Below are positions 57,151-64,000 of a stretch of 64,000 nucleotides of DNA, piece by piece. A model generated the notes under the pieces. The model did no database searches. It saw nothing but the letters and a program-made list of their open reading frames with translations, and had not been told where the DNA came from. Both the position numbers and the translations under genes were made by a program. The stretch spans positions 20,254-84,253 of the forward strand of contig JBHLOG010000002.1 of assembly GCA_048940765.1 (NCBI GenBank), written 5' to 3'. This stretch comes from Promethearchaeota archaeon. Its GTDB lineage: Archaea > Asgardarchaeota > Lokiarchaeia > Sigyniarchaeales > SOKP01. How positions within the stretch are numbered: position 1 is the stretch's first letter; every line of letters starts with the position of its first letter.

Positions 57151-57444
57151 AATTATCGTGTAGTAGTATTAATACTTAAATTTGTAATATTCACACTTAA
57201 TAATAAAATCTGAGAGACTTAAAAAAAAAATTATTAATACATTAAATTCAATAATTTGTCCTTAAAGAGAAGAATTAAGAACTAGTTTTTATTTTCAAAA
57301 TCAAATTTTTATTTTGTCGTCTATTGTAATTGATCTTAATGAAATTTTACACATTCTAACATAATTCTTTAATTATATAAAATAATCTTTAGAATTCTTC
57401 TAGTCTCTTTGTTTTATTTTAATATCATTTATTTGTATAAAATT

Positions 57445-58239
57445 ATGGAAATACAAACTGAATCATCATTAAAACAATTTTTTAGTGAAATATATCATAT
57501 CCTAAGAGAAACCAACACAAATGTCATTGATATTTGGCTAGAAATCTCAGAAATCCATTTTTTAAAACAATTTAATAATTCTGAATTAAGGAATTTTATT
57601 GAAAATTTCAATTTCATTTCTCTTCAAAAAGGAAATTATCAATACTATATAATTATAAATAAGATCGTGTTTATTGTAGAAACTATTAACATATTACAAC
57701 TTGATATAAGACAAATATCCGAAATTTTGAATTATGATGGATTTGAAGCCCTTATCAAAGAAATTCTTTCAAAAAATAATTATATCACTATTAAAAATTT
57801 TAGATTCTCTGATAATTCAAATTTTAGATATAAAACATTTCAAAAAAGGTATGAAATTGATATTATTGGAATTTATTCTAAATATATATTACTTATTGAT
57901 GCAAAACAATGGAAAAACAAAAACTCCTTTAACTCGATTAATAAAGCAGCAGATTTGCAATATAATAGAGCAATTGCTTTAAAAAAAAATCCAGAAATTT
58001 TTTCGAAATTAATTCAAACATTATTGGGATCAAAGATTAAGTTATATAAACGACTTCCATTCATCTTAATCCCAATTATCGTTACTTTAGAAGATAATGA
58101 TATCAAAATAAATAGCAATCAAATTCCTCTTGTTTCAATTTATGAATTAAATTCTTTTTTACACGAATTGCATAATAATTTGAAATTCTTTAGAACTCTT
58201 CAAGTTAATAAAGTAGTTATCCAAAGAAGCATAATATGA
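57445..58239 (+). CDS. PD-(D/E)xK nuclease-fold protein (Mrr/NERD-like)
   Basis: GFEALIKEILSKNNY...YEIDIIG...ILLIDAKQW fits a D...(D/E)xK core. ATG 57445 is preferred over the upstream alternative start. Confidence 0.5.
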   Translation: MEIQTESSLKQFFSEIYHILRETNTNVIDIWLEISEIHFLKQFNNSELRNFIENFNFISLQKGNYQYYIIINKIVFIVETINILQLDIRQISEILNYDGFEALIKEILSKNNYITIKNFRFSDNSNFRYKTFQKRYEIDIIGIYSKYILLIDAKQWKNKNSFNSINKAADLQYNRAIALKKNPEIFSKLIQTLLGSKIKLYKRLPFILIPIIVTLEDNDIKINSNQIPLVSIYELNSFLHELHNNLKFFRTLQVNKVVIQRSII

Positions 58240-58264
58240 AAAATAATTTGAAGAATAATTATTT

Positions 58265-59284
58265 TTAAGACTTTTTATCCTCTCCTTCAAAATATTCTTT
58301 TAATTGCTTTTTTACTATATTAATAGCAAAAGAAATTATTCCACTCTTAAATTTGGGGTGGGAAAATAAAATTAAAATCATATCCTTAGTACGTGGATCT
58401 TCTTTACCTATAGGAGCAAGATCTAATACTCCCTCTGATCCACGAACAGAAATGGCTTTTAGGTGACCTGCTTCTAATCCTTCTATTATATCTCCTCCAA
58501 TCATTGAAAGGTTCATACCAATTGTTGCAAATAGAGAATTAGAAATCCTTCCTGATATTGCTGATGCCAATATGGTACCATCTGTCTTTATAATAGCTGA
58601 TGCTTCAATATTTAAGTCTAATGTAAGTAAACGCTTTAAAATTTCATTCATACTGGAAGGAGGAATTGCTTCTTTTGGTTCTTTTTTTTGTTCGGCTTTA
58701 ACTTTTGGAATTTCCAATTTCTTTACAGATATCTTTTTTGAAAGAAAACTAAGTACTTCTGTCATATCTTTTTCTAATCTTTCTTGTTTTGATCTTGAAA
58801 CATCACTTTTTTGAGCTTCTGGTGGAATGGATGTTAAAGGAATTTCTTGCTTTTTAGCTACTCCCTCAGATATCGAACTTTTAAGTTCACTTAATGCATC
58901 TTTAATAGCAACATTCGATCTAGGCGGCGGAGAGGGAAAAGCTCTAGATCCTTTATATGGTTGAGGAGTAATTTCTTGAAGAACTTCTAATTTTTTTTTT
59001 TCTTTTTCTTTTTGTCGATCATTAGAAGTTTCTAGATCGGTATCTTCAATCAAAGAATCGGGAATCTCTTGTAATTCAAGATCCATTTTTTCTTTTTGTT
59101 GCTTATCAGGAGATGGTTTAACTGGCTCTTCAATTGAACTTTTTTTTTTCTTCTTTTCTTTACCAATTTTTGAACTTCTTATTCGTGAAGTTTTAGAAGT
59201 TAACGGTAATAAAGCCCCACATTTCCTGCAAATATGAGTCGTGGCTTCATTATTAGTTGCACCACAATTACTGCATATTATCAT
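58265..59284 (-). CDS. Zn-ribbon + Lys/Glu-rich linker + Roadblock/LC7 (MglB-like) domain protein
   Basis: N-terminus CSNCGATNNEATTHICRKCGA. C-terminus LDLNIEASAIIKTDGTILASAISGRISNSLFATIGMNLSMIGGDIIEGLEAGHLKAISVRGSEGVLDLAPIG. Confidence 0.7.
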   Translation of the reverse strand: MIICSNCGATNNEATTHICRKCGALLPLTSKTSRIRSSKIGKEKKKKKSSIEEPVKPSPDKQQKEKMDLELQEIPDSLIEDTDLETSNDRQKEKEKKKLEVLQEITPQPYKGSRAFPSPPPRSNVAIKDALSELKSSISEGVAKKQEIPLTSIPPEAQKSDVSRSKQERLEKDMTEVLSFLSKKISVKKLEIPKVKAEQKKEPKEAIPPSSMNEILKRLLTLDLNIEASAIIKTDGTILASAISGRISNSLFATIGMNLSMIGGDIIEGLEAGHLKAISVRGSEGVLDLAPIGKEDPRTKDMILILFSHPKFKSGIISFAINIVKKQLKEYFEGEDKKS

Positions 59285-59471
59285 AATTTATTTTATATTT
59301 TTGAATCGTAAATCTTTCAACTAATAAATTTAATCGGATAATTTGATTTAAAGACAAATTTTTAGTTCTTTTTGTATACAATATAAATAATAATCTATTT
59401 TTATTAATGTTGGTACTAATAAAAGAAAGGTTTAAAATTTTTAAAACCCAATTAAATTTGCTCAAATTTGC

Positions 59472-60443
59472 TTATTTATAAATAATTTCTCTTAATAAAT
59501 TCGCAAAAGATTCAAGATCTTCCTTATGAAAAACTGGATCATCTTTAACAAGTATTAAATAGTATGGTGTTGCTTCTCTTTTTAACATTATTTGTTTAAA
59601 TATAAAATTTTTCCCGAATTTCTGAATAAGCATCTTATCCTCGTATTTTTCTTCTATTACGCCTGCATATTGCATGTGATCATGAAGTGTGAGAAAATAC
59701 GGACAGGAAGCCGTCAAAAGATGTTTGGTTTCATCATCTTTATAATAAGATCCAATTATTAATGAATTGTCATCAATTACAACAACACCTTCAGAATTTA
59801 CTTTTTTAGCAAACTCTATGATCGTTTTTTCTATCAATTCTGATTTTGGATAAAGACTTAAGAGAATTTCAGACATAGCTGCAATGAGCGAAGAAAAATC
59901 ATAAATGGATGTTTCATAATAATACAAATCTTTATAATCAGTAGCTCTTAATTTGTCTTTTAAATCTATTACAATAGCTTTCATTTCATTTTGAGCACTT
60001 CTTTTTAGAGCGGGATCATATTTATGGAGAAATACATATATTGGTGGTTTAATATCTAATTTTTTGAATTGTTCTATGACATCCTTGAAATAACTTATTG
60101 CCTCAGGAAGTCTCGGTTTGTTTTGAACATCAATAACATAAATTGCTACTTCTGTTCCCTCAAAATATTTACCGGGATTTTTTAGATAGGCTATTCGGTA
60201 AGCTAATTGCCCCCCTAAATCCCATTCTGAGATTTCTTTACCCAGAAAATCGAATATTCTTCTCTGAGCTCCTCTTGTGGGAGATAATATAGCAATTTTA
60301 GAAAATTCCCTTTGAAGTGATAAAATAATGCTTGTTTTACCTGCATCGTCGAGTCCTGTAAAGAGTAGCTTATTAGGAGTTACCTCTACTTCTGGTTCTT
60401 CTTTTTTTAAGTATTGAATAGACTGTTTGAGATCTTTTTCCAA
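59472..60443 (-). CDS. Small GTPase with a C-terminal roadblock-like domain (Rag/Gtr-like architecture)
   Basis: G1 is LFTGLDDAGKTS, G3 is WDLGGQ, G4 is HKYD. The C-terminal ~110 aa (VNSEGVVVIDDNSLIIGSYYKDD...YYLILVKDD) is roadblock-like. Confidence 0.8.
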   Translation of the reverse strand: MEKDLKQSIQYLKKEEPEVEVTPNKLLFTGLDDAGKTSIILSLQREFSKIAILSPTRGAQRRIFDFLGKEISEWDLGGQLAYRIAYLKNPGKYFEGTEVAIYVIDVQNKPRLPEAISYFKDVIEQFKKLDIKPPIYVFLHKYDPALKRSAQNEMKAIVIDLKDKLRATDYKDLYYYETSIYDFSSLIAAMSEILLSLYPKSELIEKTIIEFAKKVNSEGVVVIDDNSLIIGSYYKDDETKHLLTASCPYFLTLHDHMQYAGVIEEKYEDKMLIQKFGKNFIFKQIMLKREATPYYLILVKDDPVFHKEDLESFANLLREIIYK

Positions 60444-60638
60444 ATAAATTTCACCTAAAAATTGATAGAAGTAATTGATATATAAATATATTCTTATTAA
60501 GATAAAAAATTATATCATTCTTTATTTAGCTTTTGCATAACAAACAATTTTGTAAAGATGATTAGAATAAAGCATAAAATTTAAGATTGTTTATCTAAAA
60601 CCCAAAGGATTATTTACCTTTTTGAGATGACAGTGTAT

Positions 60639-61208
60639 TTAGAACTTGTTATTATAAGCCGATTCTTTCTTGTTTTTATTTTTTTTTAGTAGTTCCATTA
60701 TTTTTTCGATTGCTTCTTGTGGAGTTTTGACACCATAAATCTTATCATTTCTTCGATCATCGAGTTTTTGATTAGCAATTTTTGAGGACCAGCCATCAAC
60801 ATTTGTCAATGCAATGATTGGCTTTTCATATATCCAAGCAAAAGAAATCTCCGATAAGGTACCTGCCTTACCTGCTATAGCTAAGCACACATCACCCGCT
60901 AACACAACAACAATATTTCTAGCTTGAGAAAAAGGACATGGAATAACCAAGTCAATATATTTATTTGCAGCTGATTTTTCTACAAATGGAATTATTCCAA
61001 TGGTAAAACCTCCCTTTTCCTTTGCTCCTTTACATACAGCTTCCATAACACCCGAAAGTCCTCCACATGCTATAGCAAAATTATTTTTGGCTATCAATCT
61101 ACCAATTTCAATCGTCTTTTCTTTCGTTTCTTTATCAATCTCACTAGCGCCAATTACGGAAATAACTCCATTGTAAATTTTTTTAAAATCCAAGTCCATA
61201 TTAATCAT
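60639..61208 (-). CDS. TIGR00725/LOG-like Rossmann-fold protein
   Basis: ISVIGAS...ACGGLSGVMEAVCKGAKEKGGFTIGIIP...ARNIVVVLAGDVCLAIAGKAGTLSEI. Confidence 0.65.
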   Translation of the reverse strand: MINMDLDFKKIYNGVISVIGASEIDKETKEKTIEIGRLIAKNNFAIACGGLSGVMEAVCKGAKEKGGFTIGIIPFVEKSAANKYIDLVIPCPFSQARNIVVVLAGDVCLAIAGKAGTLSEISFAWIYEKPIIALTNVDGWSSKIANQKLDDRRNDKIYGVKTPQEAIEKIMELLKKNKNKKESAYNNKF

Positions 61209-61388
61209 CTCTAAAATCTATTCGATTCTAATAGTCTTATTAAATCAAATTTATAAAAAATTCCGAAATTTATTAAATTATAATTATTATTATTGTTTCT
61301 TAATAAAAAATACTTATAAGAAAAAAATAAAAAAAAACCACTAATATTAATCATATTTAATAAGATTGAATTTGAAGTGAACATCTAA

Positions 61389-62030
61389 ATGAATGAATCT
61401 CAGGATAATAAAGAATCAAATAATGATTCAGAACCAATTAAAGAAATAGAAGAAAGGACTGAAAGTGCTTTTAAAGCAAAATTGAAAGATAAACTGAGTA
61501 GTAGTAAAAAAAGTTTAGGTAAATTTGCTACAAAAGTAAAACAAAAAGTAGATGAAAGTAAAGAGAAAGCAAAACTCAAATTAGAAGATAGAAAAGAGAA
61601 AAAAGAACTAGAAAAGGAGGAAAAAGCGACTAAAAAACAGGCTGAGAGAGAAGCTAAAGAGAAAGCTGAAAAAGAAGCCAAAGAAAAGGCTGAAAGAGAA
61701 GCTAAAGAAAGAGAAATGAGAAAATTGGAAGAAAAAAAAGCAAGAGAAAGAGCTGAGAGAGAAGCTAAAGAGAAAGCTGAAAAAGAAGCTAAGGAAAAAG
61801 CTGAGAGAGAAGCTAAAGAGAAAGCTGAAAAAGAAGCTAAGGAAAAAGCTGAGAGAGAAGCTAGAGAAAGAGAAATAAAAGAAGCAGATAAGAAACTAGT
61901 CCAAGTACTTGCAGAGCAAGAAGCTATGGAAAATGAAATAAAAGCAAGAAGAATCATTTGTCCAATGTGCGGAAAATTGAATAGTGGCGGTCGAACAACT
62001 TGTTCAGCTTGTTATTCACCTCTTAATTAA
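61389..62030 (+). CDS. Lys/Glu-repeat (AEREAKEKAEKEAKEK) protein with a C-terminal Zn ribbon
   Basis: A charged single-helix-like repeat region is encoded by tandem DNA repeats. The C-terminus is CPMCGKLNSGGRTTCSACYSP. Confidence 0.65.
   Translation: MNESQDNKESNNDSEPIKEIEERTESAFKAKLKDKLSSSKKSLGKFATKVKQKVDESKEKAKLKLEDRKEKKELEKEEKATKKQAEREAKEKAEKEAKEKAEREAKEREMRKLEEKKARERAEREAKEKAEKEAKEKAEREAKEKAEKEAKEKAEREAREREIKEADKKLVQVLAEQEAMENEIKARRIICPMCGKLNSGGRTTCSACYSPLN
61641..61883 (+). repeat. Tandem/higher-order coding repeat (48-bp unit)
   Basis: Two identical adjacent 48-bp copies at 61752-61799 and 61800-61847, and a diverged copy at 61641-61688. Each block is followed by a related 36-bp unit (61689-61724; 61848-61883). 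Confidence 0.85.
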
Positions 62031-62098
62031 ATTAACGATTTAATTCAAGTTCCTATATTATATTTCATAAATTTATGGAATCTAATTTTAAATTTCTT

Positions 62099-63061
62099 TT
62101 AAAATCTAAGTACATCAAGGGAATTCTTCCCATCATTTATTTTTAAAAGATTTTTTTCTTTTATAATTATCCCTATAATTTGAGCATTTAATCCGTATTT
62201 AGTAAATATATCTAATACTTTTTTACAATTTTTTTCAGGGACTGTTAAAATATAAGATGTAGTCAAATACATTTTTATATAAGTATCTAAAGAATAATCT
62301 TTTTCAATTAATCGAGGAGGAATATTAATTTGATTAATGTTAACATCCGCTCCTACTTCAGAGAATTTGATTAATTGTAATATGGTCCCAAATATCCCTC
62401 CATTAGAGATATCTTTAGAAGAATTAGCTAACTGTAATTTAGCAATCTCATTTATGGATTTTCTTTTATTCAAAACTTCTTCTGAAGTCTTAAAAGTAAC
62501 AGTATCCCAATATAAATTACTTGCTTTTCCGACTTTTCCATCAGAATCTATAGCTAAAATTATATAATCATTAACTTGTGCATTTTTTGCAGAAATATAA
62601 TGTTCTCTTTCAATTTCTCCAATCATAGTGGAACTTAGCTCATAATAATCCCCTCTAGGATTTGTATGTCCTCTCACGATTGGTACATTAAACTTCCTAG
62701 ATCCTTCACATACACCATCTATGATTTGCTTTCCAATTTCCTCTTCTTTATACGATATAATTAAACTTGCTGCTAAAGGGAATCCACCACAGCAATAAAT
62801 GTCATCAACTCCAACTAATATTGCACTAAAACCAGCTCCAAAAGGAAAATTCTCTACAAAACTAGTTTTAATTCTATCTGTAGTAATCAGAATAAAGTTT
62901 TTTTCATTTATTATCGCTGCTGAATCTTCTCCCATATCTGAGAAGATTTTTTGACTTTTAAACGAATTCTTCTCTATGAATTCGATTATTGGACTAATAT
63001 CTTTTTTTTCAATAATATTTTGATTGCTAATAATAGTCTCAGCAATTTTTTTGAGAAACAT
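62099..63061 (-). CDS. PurM/ThiL/HypE-superfamily (AIR synthase-related) protein
   Basis: DMGEDSAAII...ILITTDRI...GVDDIYCCGGFPLA is an N-domain pattern. 320 aa. No N-terminal Cys/Sec loop of SelD was seen. Confidence 0.6.
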   Translation of the reverse strand: MFLKKIAETIISNQNIIEKKDISPIIEFIEKNSFKSQKIFSDMGEDSAAIINEKNFILITTDRIKTSFVENFPFGAGFSAILVGVDDIYCCGGFPLAASLIISYKEEEIGKQIIDGVCEGSRKFNVPIVRGHTNPRGDYYELSSTMIGEIEREHYISAKNAQVNDYIILAIDSDGKVGKASNLYWDTVTFKTSEEVLNKRKSINEIAKLQLANSSKDISNGGIFGTILQLIKFSEVGADVNINQINIPPRLIEKDYSLDTYIKMYLTTSYILTVPEKNCKKVLDIFTKYGLNAQIIGIIIKEKNLLKINDGKNSLDVLRF

Positions 63062-63146
63062 CTAATTTAAATATAAAGCTATTAATAATAAAATTTGCTT
63101 ACATTAATTTAAGAATTAAAAAATTAATCATATTTATTTTAAAATC

Positions 63147-64000
63147 ATGGAAGAATTTATTGAAAATTCAATTGTAAAAGGATATGTGTTAAGCATTTAT
63201 GGAGAAATGGGTCCCCAACCCATTTATATGTTCCCTAATTATGTTAGTGATAAAGAATTTAGTGAGATTAGTAAGGAACGAGAAGAAAGAAAACTTTTAA
63301 CTTTAACTTATAGAGATGTAACACAGATTTCTATCAAAAATTTGAGTTTATTTATTAGTGATAAGATAATCAGTGAAGAGAAAAATCTTGAAAAGATTCA
63401 ATATTTTGCAATATTACCATATCCTGATTTTAAGACAACTTCACTTACTTACTTTCATTTTGCTAGAACAAAATCATCAAATAATCCTATTCCAACAGCT
63501 TTTTCAATTTTAGTTGAGGAAAAAAGCCGAAGTTTTTTATATAATAATATAAATAGATTAAAACCGTTAATTATCGGCTTTTTTAATGAATTTGATAATT
63601 CAATAAAAGAAAGTTTTCCCCCATTTGAAAATATTGAACATTATTTTCATGACCTTTTATTAAAGCTTTTTGAAATAGAAAAAAGTCCTTCAACACCAAT
63701 CACTTCACATAGAAAATTAAAGATACTCTTCTCTGGTCTTGATGATTCGGGTAAAACAAGTTTCCTCCTAAGTGTTGATAAACAATATAGTAAATTGATA
63801 GGATTAAAACCAACAACTGGTGCAAGTATCACATCTATTGAAGCGTTAGGCGCTACAATATTTTTGTGGGATTTAGGTGGTCAACGAAAATTTCGGGAAA
63901 AATATATCAGTAAAGCAGAGATTTATTTATATGAAGCCGACTTAATGTTCTATTTTATTGATATTAAAAATAAAAATAGATTTGAAGAAAGTATAGAATA
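63147..64000 (+). CDS. Longin/uDENN-like N-domain + Arf-like GTPase, 3' end beyond the window (not in the ORF track)
   Basis: ATG 63147 opens a frame that runs to the window end. The N-domain is VKGYVLSIYGEMGPQPIYMFP...YFAILPYPDF...LTYFHF. G1 is ILFSGLDDSGKTS and G3 is WDLGGQ. It is a paralogue of 53721-55184. Confidence 0.75.
   Translation, partial: MEEFIENSIVKGYVLSIYGEMGPQPIYMFPNYVSDKEFSEISKEREERKLLTLTYRDVTQISIKNLSLFISDKIISEEKNLEKIQYFAILPYPDFKTTSLTYFHFARTKSSNNPIPTAFSILVEEKSRSFLYNNINRLKPLIIGFFNEFDNSIKESFPPFENIEHYFHDLLLKLFEIEKSPSTPITSHRKLKILFSGLDDSGKTSFLLSVDKQYSKLIGLKPTTGASITSIEALGATIFLWDLGGQRKFREKYISKAEIYLYEADLMFYFIDIKNKNRFEESIE

Noticed and set aside
61400-61957. 185-aa minus-strand ORF (S/L/A/F-rich)
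   Set aside because: It is the mirror image of the K/E repeat gene. Low-complexity repeats keep the antisense frame open.
62099-63061. PurM-like protein as selenophosphate synthetase SelD (to go with the Sec finding)
   Set aside because: It lacks the N-terminal Cys/Sec-containing glycine-rich loop expected for SelD. Only the general PurM-superfamily pattern is visible.
1-64000. Search for tRNA, rRNA, CRISPR arrays, IS elements or prophage genes
   Set aside because: No G+C-rich cloverleaf-sized segments, no regular repeat-spacer arrays, and no transposase, integrase or capsid-like ORFs were seen. The only candidate non-coding elements are reported separately at low confidence.

Overview
This is an AT-rich archaeal chromosomal segment (roughly 30% G+C by eye, not computed), densely coding on both strands. 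I found no rRNA, tRNA, CRISPR array, transposase or integrase. The gene content suggests an anaerobic Asgard (Loki-like) archaeon; that assignment is inference.

(1) The H2/heterodisulfide module is split over two loci: hdrA(partial)-mvhD-orf-polyferredoxin at 1-2387 and mvhG-mvhA-[mini-gene]-hdrC-hdrB at 19886-24205. The large hydrogenase subunit stops before its C-terminal Ni-binding motif. That motif sits in an unannotated 49-codon ORF (22550-22699) with an in-frame TGA, which fits a VhuU-like selenocysteine subunit. A structured spacer follows it.

(2) A System I cytochrome c maturation cluster (ccmFAB convergent with ccmC-ccmD-ccmE, 11741-16311) has no thiol-redox genes. Its CcmE ends in Cys-Ser. 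The cluster is flanked by two paralogous exported proteins that share a G-x-[ST]-H-x-x-C-H-[DN]-S-A motif (HxxCH, not CxxCH). One of them is fused to a His-bearing 4-TM domain and lies upstream of GlcD/GlcF-like dehydrogenase genes.

(3) Two divergent Lrp/AsnC paralogues carry a C-terminal 5-Cys motif. A TTTCAA-N1-2-TTGAAA inverted repeat recurs in nearby promoter regions.

(4) The 42-64 kb stretch holds eukaryote-like signalling genes. These are three Arf-like GTPases with extra longin/roadblock-like domains, a Zn-ribbon roadblock protein, and a roadblock/longin-like + wHTH module. That module occurs both free and as the cytoplasmic tail of a 1309-aa surface protein.

Other content:
- a HEAT-LRR protein
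- a 1277-aa TPR-like/CN-hydrolase fusion
- HypC, CooC and endonuclease V
- ADP-forming acetyl-CoA synthetase
- an NrdD-like protein without a glycyl-radical tail
- two decayed genes

All functional calls rest on motifs read by eye. No database search was possible.
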